Part shown: in pieces, positions 27,374 to 39,881 of the stretch
Position numbering within the stretch: the stretch's first letter is position 1
Layout of the letters: each line of letters begins with the position of its first letter
From: Octopus sinensis
Taxonomy: Eukaryota
DNA length: 64,000 bases
Assembly: GCF_006345805.1 (NCBI RefSeq)
Contig: NC_043010.1
Location: forward strand, 39,556,001-39,620,000
Direction: 5' to 3'
Notes under the pieces: generated by a model
What the model was told of the DNA's origin: nothing
The model's input: the letters and a program-made list of their open reading frames with translations, nothing else
Databases searched by the model: none
Made by a program: the position numbers and the translations under genes

Positions 27374-28614
27374 CGAAATTGTGGTATTTGCCATGTTTGT
27401 ATGTCTAGTGTAGGTTTCTTGAGAACACAGCTTCCGTGGTAAGGCAAGTTGACGTCTATTTTTAGCATATTAGGAATCCACATTGGTGGTCATTCCTCTT
27501 ATATATGTATGCATGTATGTATGTATGTATGTATATATATTAGATATTTGGGGTGATGTATAATATAATTATTATTTACCAAGACTACTTGTTTCTCACG
27601 AGATGATTGCAAAAGTGTTAAAATATCGAAATACTGGAATATTTGCCAACAAATGACAGCACGAAATATTCTGAGTGGTGTAATTTCGACTAGCGACTGA
27701 TGAATAAACTTGTGAATGTACAGCTTAGATAATTACTTGACATACTCGGCTCTAGTCATATTATACATCAGGTGAGCCAATATATTGTCAAAATATGTGG
27801 ACGATTTGTCAGTTTCACTAATTACCAATTTCAGTAACAGTAGTGTAAATGAAATTTGTGATTATGGGATATTGTTAAGGCGTAAAAAGCACGTCAAAGT
27901 TGTGAACCTGACTTTTGTTTTAAGTAACATCATTCTAAGATTAATTGCTCTGATACTCGAATGATCGAATAAGTAAACCACAAGGCATTAACTTCCAGAA
28001 ATACACTGCTGTTAGTGATAATGTGTTGGACTTTACAAGTAATCGAACAGAGAGTGTGAAAGACAGAGCAGAATATTTCATGCGCTATAAAAGAATGACT
28101 CTCTCTAGATTTGTAAATATGTGAAATGCCAAGTTGGAGATATTCCAGAACTAGTAATTTTTAAATGTGATATTTCATGCATTCAATAACAAATGGCGGT
28201 TTTGATAATCGAAATACATTCTTCAACTGCAGGGAATGTGGACTTCACACTTAGATAAATCCCGGGTCGTAAAATTCCGGAATTAGAAGGGGAAATTGTC
28301 AATGCGTTCAGACAGAAGGAGAAGGCTCACAATATCAGTAATTTGAGCTTATTGAGAGCTGCCTATAGTAATGCGGAAACTACTAAATTTCGATTTTCTA
28401 GACGTGTTTGAATGTATATATACCTATATATATGATTATATAGTTAAGGCTTATTTCTATGTTTGGATATAATTTAAAAAAAAACACATTTTGTATTTAT
28501 CTGAGGGGTTAATCTATATTTTTATAAGAGTACCAAATTAATTATTCTTGAATAAGAGTATTGGTGACAATGATTTCGAAATTTCTGCCAGGTAAACCAT
28601 TGCCGGATGTAACA

Positions 28615-28783
28615 CTAGCCACTACACTTTTTTCTCTGCTTGTTTTTTCTGTGTCACTTTCTGTAGAAGAGCGTAGGCTCGAAACGTAAAAGACTCTTTC
28701 TATTCCTGAGCGTTATACTAATACATCTGTTTGTTTTGTAAACCACCTGTCTTCGTCTTTTGTTTTTTTCGTAAACTCTCCCT
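28615..28783 (+). mobile_element. Short pLTR-like repeat carrying a hammerhead-like motif
   Basis: cttt CUGUAGA a gagc gtag gctc GAAA CGUA aaag at 28657-28692; homologous to 53262-53428 (-). Confidence 0.65.
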
Positions 28784-31140
28784 ATGTATATATATATGTG
28801 TGTGTGTTTGTGTGTGTGTATGTGTGTGTGTGTAAATACAAACATACATATATATGTACATAATACAAACATATACACATACATATATATATGAACACAC
28901 ACACATATACGTGTTGAAGAATGACTGACCAACCTTGCATTATTTGATAAATAATTTCTTAAAATGGTGGAGTGCTGTCAGATGGTACTCTACTTTAAAG
29001 AGAAATTATGTGAGTGACTGTTCGTGCTTGCGCGAAGTGCATAGGGAAGTGCATACTCACACACACGTGCACGTATGTATGCGTATACATAGTCTTACAT
29101 GCATAAATATACGAAAATCAATTTAACTAGTCGCACTGATATATATCCGTACATGATTTTTGGGGTGTTATATACACGCAAATGTGTGCATGTAATTTCA
29201 TACATATGTTCATATTCTCATTTATCATCGTCAACACACCCACGAACAATCATGCACACATATGTATCCATTTATACATGTATCCATACATACATGTATC
29301 CATACATACATGTATCCATGCATACACATATATATATTCGTAGGTGTGTGCGGCAATATACATATACTACAAGAAAGTTTTATGTTAGCCTCACTTGATA
29401 GTATTTTCACATTTGATTCCCAATTCTAATAATTTTCATGCTATTTTATGTCTAATTATTTCTTTGTATAATAGTGCACACTTTCTTAGTAAATATTGCT
29501 TTCATTATTTTATCACGCTCATAATCTCTCTTTTTTAAACAAGCATCACGGTAATCCAACAACAAAGGGAAAAGCAGTTTGTCAAGTGTTACCTTCTCCT
29601 GAAAGCACCATAGAGATTTCAGTTCAGTAACCCACCTGTAAGCTTTGCAGTGTGTGAGTGTGTGAGAGAGATGTGAAGAGAGAACATTGCACACAATGAA
29701 ATAAACAAACATGAAATGAAAAGATCGTATAAATGAAATGGCATTAGTACAGATGAATACGTCCTCGAATTTGTTGCCTCATAACATCCAGACAAATGGA
29801 AACCTTTTTACAAAATTTTCTACAAATACCACTTAAATGTCGTGGCTTCAGCGAGTGGGTGGAGAGAGGATTTTCGGAAAATTTACACGATCTGAATTTT
29901 TTCCCGCATAATTTTCGGGAAAATGGGCATCTTTGAATGAAAGTTTATACAAATACCTCCCAAACAACATAGATTACGATTATTACAAAACCTGTGAGGA
30001 AAATATTTTCGGGGATTTTCCCCATATTCTTAAAACCACTGCCTTCGAAATGATGGGGCTGGCGGGGGCGCATTTTTTGTATGAAGAATGTTTTGGAAAC
30101 TTTTTTTTTACACCCAACCTCTCTCATCACCCCACTCCGGAACTATTTTGGCCAAATTTGTTTGCTCTTGAAAACCATGCGAAGGGCATTTTCGGTAATA
30201 AATAAAAATAAATAGTCAACATTTTCAGAGGGAAAAGTGAGTGGTTTAAGGGCGATATGGCTGTTGTTTCTAGCACAGCCAAAGCCAACCTTCCTCCTTT
30301 CTTTATCACTCTCGCATGTATTGATGTGTTTCAATGTTTTCCCATAAATAAATTTATAAGCTATAAAAAAGAAAATTTGAGAAATTACGTAATTTTTGCA
30401 ACCCCACTGTAACCCCTGACCCCGATTGTTTCTGTTTAGAATTTAAAATATTGGAGACCCTGAGAAGGTCATTACTGGCATCTATCCCCATTGATTTTTA
30501 AAACGTTACATAAACGACAATTCATTTTAATAGCATAATTTTCTGTTAGAAAATATTTTTTTTCCTTATGCACACACACGGCTTTTCTTCATTGAGGTAG
30601 GGGTAAATATTTAGATTACAATTTAGTTTGTTGCATATAGCCCACCAATGGACCACGCGTTTGTTACTTCGGTATCACTATTCTATAAAATGTGTTTAAT
30701 GGGAGAGAAGCATTGAAAACACATCAATACATGTGAAAGTGAAAAGGGAGGGTGGTTTGGGTTGTGCTAGAAACAAGAGGGAAACCTCCCTTCAATTGTT
30801 CACCATTTCCTATGAAAATAATTGCATTTTTTTTGTTACCGAAAAGGCTTCTTACAACAGATAATAACCAAAATCGGTCCGGATAATTATTATTGTAAGG
30901 CTTATAGCGTTCCAAACAACGAAATTAGTTTTTAATGTATTTTTTAATGTTTTTAATGTATTTTTACAAAAAATTTACAGGTGCTTAAAAATATTTTCAT
31001 TCAATAAATAATGTTTTTACATTACATATACATTAATAGAATAAACTGTCGGTTTTCCAAATAGCTAATTGAAATTTGAAATGAAATTAGTGAAAGAGAA
31101 ACAGAGAGGCTTTGCAAATGAGAATGGAATACTCCGCAGG

Positions 31141-31332
31141 GAATGCAATGAATATTTAAATTTGTGAAGAACTGGACGCAGTGATTGCAATGAATGTCTG
31201 AATTTTGAAGAATAGGATGCAGTGAATGCAATGAATATTTAAATTTGTGAAGAACTGGACGCAGTGATTGCAATGAATGTCTGCATTTGTGAAGAATTAG
31301 ATGTAGTGAATGCAATGAATATTTAAATTTTC
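31141..31332. repeat. Minisatellite, ~42 bp unit with ~83 bp dimer structure
   Basis: Alternating units gaatgcaatgaatatttaaatttgtgaagaactggacgcagt and gattgcaatgaatgtctg...; about 4.5 units. Confidence 0.92.
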
Positions 31333-31505
31333 GAGAAATTCGAGTTAAAAAACTCAATTAACTTGGAAATCAAATTTATAGGAAATTTCTTAGAACTTTA
31401 AGTTATAAAAATATTTCCAGACGGTCAGCTCTTTATTAATGGCTTTCTTTTAGTACTTTTAGTAATTGTTACATACCTAATTAGTAAGGAGCTTCATCCA
31501 TTATA

Positions 31506-32752
31506 TAAGATTGTTTCACATGAAATGCCATATTTGAAAGGTAATAATAAAATGTTTCAAAAGTGTTAGAGAACTGATTTATTTAATCAAAGTAAGATCC
31601 ATGTTCATTTAAGACGTTTAACCAACGTTTTTCCAAGTTATATATACCATCTTTAAAAAATTCTTCTTTTGCTGTGATTAACAGTCCGAATGCTTCAATT
31701 ATCTCTTCTATATTTAAGAATGTTTTATTGCTTATGAAAAGCTCAGAATGCGTGAATAACTGATGATCAGTAGGAGAGTTATCAGGGGAAATGGGAGGAT
31801 GTTGCAAAATCTCATAATTCAGGCTTTGCAACTTTTGGACCGTAGCTTGAGGAATGCGAGGGCGTGCATTGTCGCGGAGCAAAATTGCGCCATCTCTATT
31901 CACTAGCCTGGGTTGCTTCTTTTTCAAATACACTTGCATACAATCAACTTCCTGGCAGTACGATGTTGCTGTTACCGATTTTCCTTGCTATAAAAAATGA
32001 ATAATGAATAACTCCCTTCGCAGACCAGCATACAGCGACCACTAACTTTTTAGGGCACAATGGTGGGTTTGGGTAGTGTTTAGGTGACATTCCTGCATTT
32101 AATCACTGTCCTGTTCTCCTGCTGTTGTCAAAGAGTATCTATTTCTCATCACAAGTAATGATTTGATGCAAAAATTGTCTTTTCCCAGTTGAGAAAGCAA
32201 TAAGGAGCACACTTCCAGGCGTCTTTTCCACTAAATCTCGCTGAATTGGTGTGGAACAAACCTACCTGTTCTTTTGATTTTCCAATTTGTAACAGGTATC
32301 CAAAAGCGGTTGCGTATGCTGTTTGGAGTTCTGATGAAAGTTTTCGGACCTTTGTTCTCAGATTTTGTTCAACCAATGCATTTAATCCATCATGCCCAAT
32401 AACTGATTTTGGCCTAACCAATGGGTTTTTTCAAGGCTGTCATGTCCTGAACGAGAGCTTTGGAACCATCTCTGAACAGTTCTGGTGTCAACAAAATCAT
32501 TACCAAAGGCTCGCTTGATATTCCGTTGAGCTTCTGCGAAGGAGTGACCCAGTCTGTACTCATACGAGAAATTCACTCAACATAGTTTGGTTGTTATCAT
32601 TTTCATAAGGTCTGTGGGTATGAATGTTGCATACCAATATTGTTGGAAAAGAAAAGGAGTCAAGAATAAATGTAAGGTATACATAATAGAGTTTTTAAAT
32701 GACTGAAATAACTAATAATTAAAAATGCGACATTTCATGTGAAACAAGCTAA
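31506..32752 (-). mobile_element. Full-length decayed mariner transposon
   Basis: TIRs taagattgtttcacatgaaatg / catttcatgtgaaacaagctaa; ~1.25 kb; transposase pieces YEYRLGHSFAEAQRNIKRAFG...QRWFQ, ILLRDNARPR, HPPISPDNSPTDHQLF and NLEKRWLNVLNEHGSYFD. Confidence 0.93.
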
Positions 32753-33505
32753 GAGTATGGAAGCACAGTTGAGTGCATAAATAAACACACTTCTAAATAA
32801 GCTTACAGGTATGGCTGCTGACCAATAACGGACATTGCCAATAGGTGTGTAACATTACGTTCGCCTAAATAAGGTTATTTACGAATTTGAGATACAAAAT
32901 AATGTAATGCCTCTATACGAGAAAACACAAGCTTGTACATACGTAATTATGAGCAGATATACGCAGACATAAACACATTCATACATTGATAGGTGTTCGT
33001 GCCATTGTATTTAAATGAAAATAATAGAGCCATCGGTGTTAACGTGCGAAAGATAAGACTGATATGTATCACTTCAGCTGTTGCAGTCTGAACGCTAAGC
33101 AGACGACGCCAAGCAGAAGATCCTGGAGGCGGAAAGGCAAACCGTCAACATCTGAAGTTTGTTCTGTGCAACTGCTATCTATCTGATTCATCAAACGCTG
33201 GTGGTGGTGTTGATATTATATTATCTACCCTGCAATATTGCTGTAACATACTAACATCTCAAAGGCATCCTAGCCCTGATCATTCTGCATTTTGTTGAAA
33301 ACATTCAAATTACGATTAGTTTATCCAGTATTTGCTTCACTTTAAAATGGCTGTGCATGAATTGTTGGTGGTCCTTTTTGTAATTTCAATCTAAACTCTC
33401 TAATTGATTTAAAACATACATATAGAGTCATGTTAAATCTCTGAACGAGTTATAAACAGTAGCAGTACGGAATCGTAACATATAATTGCCAACCAAGTGT
33501 GGCAT

Positions 33506-33647
33506 CCTATACAAAACAGTGCTACTGATGTTTATAGCTCTAGGAGGACATCTCCTCCAGCTGACTGACACAGAATGTGCGTCGTTAGCCAGTTGGAGGT
33601 GATGTCTTCCTGGGGCTATAAATATCAGTAGCACTTTCTTGTACAGG
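33506..33647. other. ~140 nt long hairpin
   Basis: cctatacaaaacagtgctactgatgtttatagctctaggaggacatctcctccagctgactgac pairs with gttagccagttggaggtgatgtcttcctggggctataaatatcagtagcactttcttgtacagg. Confidence 0.9.
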
Positions 33648-36377
33648 TTTAGCTTATTTTCACACACGTATAGCCCTGTTTCGAACAACAACTTTTTAAT
33701 AACATCTCAGATAGTGGATTGTCGTATCGCACGTTCGGATGACTTGCCTTTGCCAATAACGTACCTCTACTCAACTACCGAACTCTCACTTCCGACGGCT
33801 CGACTTAACAGGACTCGACGTCTAGTCTACCGACGGCTCTTCGACGCTTATTTCTTTATTTGGCACCACGGCCACAACACTGAGGAGGACACTACATGGA
33901 CAGACACAACACCACAATGGGGACATAAAACATAAAACGAATGAGAATGAAATGTTATATAAAAATGAAGAAAGGAAATGGCTGCATGGGCCCCATTTCC
34001 CATGCAGTACCATGTGAACGTTTACACGCACTATTTACAATGTTCTATTTTTCTATTGTTTTTTCTTAATCATCTTTTTTTTCTTTTTTTATATGAAACA
34101 CTTTTACTTTTTCCTTTCTTTTCTTTCAACAAAAGAATTTTACTTACTCTGTTTTTCCATTGTAATACCTCATGATGTCTTGCAAACAACTTGCACATGC
34201 AAGTGCTACCAGTTAAAAGCTCCGTATATCGGAAGCTAGTATGTGTATGGGGTCATCAGGAGAGAATGCGCGACGTTTCGAGGCCTACCTCTCGACGGCA
34301 TCAATGCGCACCGCTCCCGCCTCACTGATATGAGGCCCCGCTTGCTAGATCAGCTGGTTATGAAGAACTCAATATACTTCTAGCCATCGCTCATCGTCTC
34401 TTTTTAACCAAATGCAGTGGCTAGCCTTCTCCACTGTAGATTGGATATCAGTCATGGTGGTATTGACTTTACGATGAGTTAGGCCTTCTACGACTAGTCA
34501 TCACATCCACTATTTATACGTATTGGACTAGCCTACTTGTTGTCTGGGGCCTCCACACAACAGGATAAAAAAATCGCCGGTTATATAACAGATCGAGCAA
34601 TAATTTTCATTGAGACGCGGACTCAACGACCGCTTTAGTTATGCATAGTGATTTAATATTGATACTTTCATAATGTTAAATAATTCCAGGAATTTTAATA
34701 GCGAAATAAACATTCAAATGAATAAATACGGTAGCAAAACGTTTATATACTATTGAAGTATTTCTGAAGGGTGTTATTCCACCTTTGGTCACCTAAGGTA
34801 ATTGGAAATCGCTGATACTGAGGTCAATAGGGCTTCAATTTGACATGACTGCAGAAATTTTGGCTGTAATTAAGATTTTATCGAAAATTACGTTCAGTGA
34901 CGGTAGTGTTCAAAGTCATTGCAACATATGAAAGTGAATGGTTTATAACGAAATATATTATCACTTATGTAGTATCTTATAGCGCACTTCGAGTATAAAA
35001 CTTGCCAAATTAGTAAGGAAATCTATCTTGCTGGAGGAAAACTTACAAAGTCAATTAACGTTGGTTTGAAATGTGTTTATCAAAGCTAACTATCGAAATA
35101 TGAATAATAACTAGTCAATAGTGAATCATAAATGCATAAACCCGATGCATTTTTATGTGTTAATGTTAATATATTTCTCTAAGTGATTCATAATTAGATA
35201 GCGAAATATATCCTTTGTTATTAACCACAGCAGTGTATGTCTATCGTAGAAAATAATAGACATGGCAATTTGATTATTCAGTTTGCTTTATGGCTATATC
35301 AATATGGGCCTTTATTCTCTGAGATGGATTTTTCTGTTGCTGGTGAGAACTAACGAACAAGTTAGAGTGTAATTTTCTATTGCAATTATTTATTATCATT
35401 TATTATTAATATATTTAAGAAGTGTCGTATTTAGTCGATGTTATCTGAAACAATACATTGTATGCAAAAGAAATACTGGGGAAAATAAATCTCACCATCA
35501 TCCACTATGAAAATGTCCTTTTCCAATAATCTCTATGAGATTGCTTCACCTACTAAAAGCTAAATGGTTCTTCAGTTTTTATCAAAACTATATATATTCT
35601 AGATAGATCTAGGGTAGACTCTTCTGTCACGTCTGAAGTGACTGATCATAGGTTTGCTCATTCAAGCTTGACCTGTGGTTAAATAACGGCTTCAAGTGAA
35701 ATATTCAAATATTAAAACAGAAAAGAAAAAAAAAGAGGTTTGTATATATTGATTAGTGTATTTGAGTCAGTAACATTTGCAGCTCTTCCAGTCAATCCGC
35801 TACACTAATTTTATGTAAAGCTATATAATACACGGCAATTAAACGTCTCAGCGCTTAAGCTGTGTATCTTGCGATTCTGCTTCCCACTTTGAGAGGAAAT
35901 CTCAAACTTTCCAAAAATATGAACACTTCTTCATTCCATCGTATATTTATTTATTTGTTTACATATTTATTTTAGAATTTTATATTTAACTACTTTTGTT
36001 GGTAGCATAATGCAAGACTTGATACTGTTTACTAATGAAGTGTTTCAAATAAAACTGAGAGCTATTTCCCTTAGGCAGTTAACTTTCATTTCCAATTTTT
36101 TTACTGCCTGAAAGGCCACACCTTCAATACCAACAAAATTATTGCACACAGATACAGAAATATAAAAATAGAGAAGCAGAGAGATTTAGTGTTTTATCAA
36201 AATACTTCAATCGCTATGTTTATTTCAACTACCTAAAACTTTAACATTGCGCGTAACGCACACATGACGGAACGTCTATGTAGCCGCTCAGCGTGTTAGA
36301 CATTGCAGGAATTTTCTCTCTTAAAATCTCGCTTCTGCGATTTTTTTTCCTTTTCAATTAGAAGAACAATACTGGTC

Positions 36378-36875
36378 AATAGCCCAGTGGTTAGGGCAGC
36401 AGGCTCGCGGTCGGAGAATCGCGGTCTCGATTCCCAGACCGGTCATTGTGAGTGTTTATTGAGCGAAAACACCTAAAGATCCACGAGGCTCCGGCGGGGG
36501 TTGGTGATGAACCCTGCTGTACTCTTTCACCACAACTTTCTCTCACTCTTTCTCTGTTTCTGTTGTACCTGTATTTCAAAGGGCCAACCATGTCACACTG
36601 TGTGTCAAGCTGATTCTCCCCGAGAAGTACGTTAAGGCTACACGTGTCTGTGGAGTACTCAGCCACTTGCACGTTCATAAATGAGCTGCGACGTCACTGA
36701 TGCCAAGCTGTATCGGCCTTTGCTTTTCCCTTGGATAAGATCAGTGGCATGGAGAGGGGAGGCTGGTATGCATGGGCGATTGCTAGTCTTCCATAAACAA
36801 CATTGCCCAGACTTGTGCTTCGTAGGGTAACTTTCTAGATGCCATCCCATGGTCATTCATGACCGAAGGGGATCA
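36378..36875 (+). mobile_element. SINE family B, long variant
   Basis: Family-B head and body plus an extra ~190 bp 3' module. Confidence 0.85.
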
Positions 36876-37289
36876 CAACTGGTCAGCGTAAACTTGTATG
36901 TAAAGAAGTAGAAAGGTTATACAACTGACAACTGGTACTATACTTGGGCTAAACAATCACAACACTCGCTTACAACAAGGGGGCGGCAGAGGCAAAAAAC
37001 TCTTAATCGTCGAAGTAAATGTCATATGGTATTTTTTGCGACTATTTACTCTCTGGTTTCAAATCCCAACGAGAAGAATTTTGCTTTTCGTCTCTTCGCG
37101 GTTGAGAGAATATGGTGGATGTCAAGGCCTTGGATTTGACCTCTTCTCAAAGCTGCTGATTTTGTAGCAAAATCAGAAGGAATTATTTCTCCCTTATCAC
37201 ATATTGTTGTCGTTTTCCATATTCTGACGATGCAACTTCTTTCTTTTAGAACTCAACGTATGTGCTGTATATTAGCTGACTCCGTCCGT

Positions 37290-37450
37290 CAAATCGACGT
37301 TGCCTGAACAGCTTCACGGCGTGCAACGCACCTAGTGTTAGAGTGATCGCAGAGCAACGTGAGATGAAGTTTTGTGCTCACCCGGTCAAGGAGTCGAGAC
37401 CACGATCTCGCGATCGTGAGTGTAGCAGTGCAAAACCCTAACCCCCAAAC
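37290..37450 (-). mobile_element. Decayed tRNA-derived SINE (family D)
   Basis: Reverse complement ggttaggg...tcacgatcgcgagatcgtggtctcgactccttgaccggg is a tRNA-like head followed by a distinct body. Confidence 0.55.
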
Positions 37451-37464
37451 CACGCGTCCTCTCC

Positions 37465-37505
<41 letters not shown>

Positions 37506-37529
37506 GATATATATACATTTGACATCATG

Positions 37530-38770
37530 TCTCTTGTTAGCATAAAGTTTCGGCTAAAACACCATTCACCCTTCATGAGGTATCTTGGGGAAATTCCTAA
37601 GGTATTATTCAATTTTGTTGTTATTATTATTAATACCATTATAATTATTATTCAAGTCACCGCCTGGAATCGAACTCGGAATCTTGGGGTTAGTAGCCCG
37701 CGTTCTTAACCACTACGCAATTAACAGTGGGCAATAATGATGTGGATTTTAGGGCTTATAAATCTAATATTTTCCTATTCTTTCTTAATACCGTTTCCCA
37801 TATGCTACTCATATCTGCACTCGGTCTGCTTAGGACGTTGTTGTGTCCTAGCATATGTGCTGCTTCTTTTAGTTTCCGTATTTTCCAGTGGTGTTCTCTG
37901 TATGAAACAACGGAGACCACCTCCCTGCAGGGGAGGGGGAAGTGGTCTCCGTTTTTCCATACATGATCACCTATACCGGATTTATCAATATCTCCTCGTG
38001 TCACAGCTTTGCGATGTTCGTCTACCCTTATTTTGAGGAGCGGCATGTTTCGCCTTTGTATAAACTACCACAGCTGCATGGGATAGAGTATACGCAGGTT
38101 TTGGTCATATTCTCTTCTGTTGATGGGTTTTACTCGAAGGAGATATTTGCGAAGTGCTGTATTACCACTGAATACTGTCCTGATGTCACATGGGCCGCAT
38201 ATCGTTTGTATCTTTTTGGAGAGACCTTTCACATAAAGTAGACAGACTGTGGACAGTTTATCGGTTTCATCCTCTCTTTTCTCTATAATTGGAGTCGATA
38301 GTATGTTTTGGGGGTAGTTGTTACTTAATGGATTGTTACTGAGGTTGGTCATTTCTTCGTGGTGGGTATCACGATCGCTGCTTATATTCTTTGCTAGAAG
38401 TTTTTGGCACTGAGCAATCCCTCTCTTTACACTGTATGGTTGATGTGAATTGAAGTTGAGGTATCGTCCAGTGAAGATCGGTTAGCGGTATAGAGATGTC
38501 CTGAATCCATACTCGGTCCGTATTATTAATACGTGCAGGAATGCTAGCTGCTTGTCTTTTTTCCTTTTCCATTGTAAAATGTATGGATGACGTGATCTAA
38601 CAGCACTTGGACATCTTCCTGGCGGGGCCAGAGTATAAAGGTGTCATCAACATATCGCAGCAATAGGGTTGGTTTTAGTGGTGTTGGTCCTAAATGCAAA
38701 TTCTCAAAATATTCCATATATATATACATATATTGGCTATTATCGGTGATAATGGCGAACCCATAACTAC
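37530..38770 (-). mobile_element. Decayed 5'-truncated Penelope-like element (RT + GIY-YIG + 3' terminal region)
   Basis: MGSPLSPIIAN..YMEYFE...LRYVDDTF (RT); VYSIPCSCG..YKGET and KIRVDEHRKAV...GDHVW (GIY-YIG); followed by a tRNA-like segment, (TAA)n and a decayed HHR. Confidence 0.9.
37655..37725 (-). other. tRNA-like segment (Pol III A/B boxes) inside the PLE 3' end
   Basis: Reverse complement ttgcgtagtggttaagaacgcgggctactaaccccaagattccgagttcgattccaggcgg; D-arm gcgt/acgc, loop CT-ACT-AA, B-box GTTCGATTC; acceptor stem poor, so not a functional tRNA. Confidence 0.75.
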
Positions 38771-39435
38771 ATAATCATACATACACAGATTTCAGTGCAT
38801 GATATCGCCCCGAATATATATCATAATACCAAGTTATATTATACTAGTTTTGAATATATATTTAGTAAACACAGTTTACGAATTATTGTTGCAGTTCTGA
38901 ATAGGGAAACTTACTAATAGATAAAATCTCTAAGTGATAAATAACATATTTGTCGGACAGAATGTCTGTATCAAATCGGAGGCGTCCCGGGTGAAATTTC
39001 GATGGATTTTACAAATTTATAAGCAATAAAAACGTTGGATAACTATCAGAAAGTTAGTTACACGAAGAAACTGAATAACTACTCGAAGAAATTACGTTTT
39101 GAGAATAATTAAAGAGACTTGGAGACTATCATAAACTTTTAATCCGTAACACAGAACAGTTCCACAACAGGAACTTGTGAAACAAGAATTACAGCTGCTC
39201 ATAATATGTATCCTGCTAATATTAGCGATCGATCCCGAAGTGGCAAGCAGGCTGTGTAAAGTGGAAATTTGCAAATTCACATAGCTGTCATCATAATTAC
39301 TCAATGAAATATTTTAATGCATTAAATGACCATTCGAAAACATATATTAAAGTGTTTAATGTTGCCCAAAGAGACAAGCAAACAATATACCAAACAAAAT
39401 GAACTGAAAATACCGCTAAACATTTCGTTCAGCGA

Positions 39436-39665
39436 TTCCTTTCTACTCCAGGCACAAAGCCCGAAATTTTTTTATTTTTTTTTGGGTTGGTTGGGGTCGC
39501 AGTTGATTACATCAACCCCAGTACGAAACTGGTGCTTAATTTATCGACACGGAAAAGATGAAAGGTAAAGTCGACATCGGCAGAATTTGAACTCAGAACG
39601 TAAAGGCAGACGAAATACTGCTAGGCATTTTCCCCAGTGTGATAACTTTACTCCCAGCTCGCTGC
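39436..39665 (-). mobile_element. SINE family C
   Basis: ttaatttatcgac...gatgaaaggtaaagtcgac..cggcagaatttgaactcagaacg, shared with 60479 and 15598. Confidence 0.85.
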
Positions 39666-39881
39666 TTTTGTTTAAATATATATTAATACAAACTTAATCT
39701 AACTTTTTTTCATTTGTTCTCAGTGTATATTTTAAGGGAATAACTGAGATAACATTTACAGAAGGTTTGTCAATTTATTGTGTCTTCGACATGTCCTTTA
39801 TCAACAAGATATTAACCATTTTCTCACTGAGGTTCATATAAAAAGTTTAACAGAGGCAAATCAATCTATCATGAAATAATA

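Noticed and set aside
28585-28620. Helitron-like 3' end (weak hairpin + CTAG)
   Set aside because: The CTAG aligns with the start of the 28615/53428 repeat family, and the hairpin is poor
29860-30520. Possible non-autonomous DNA transposon or ORF 29933..30205
   Set aside because: No TIR, TSD, second copy or recognisable protein motif found in the window
31141-31332. CRISPR-like array
   Set aside because: Contiguous tandem units with no unique spacers, no cas genes, eukaryotic context
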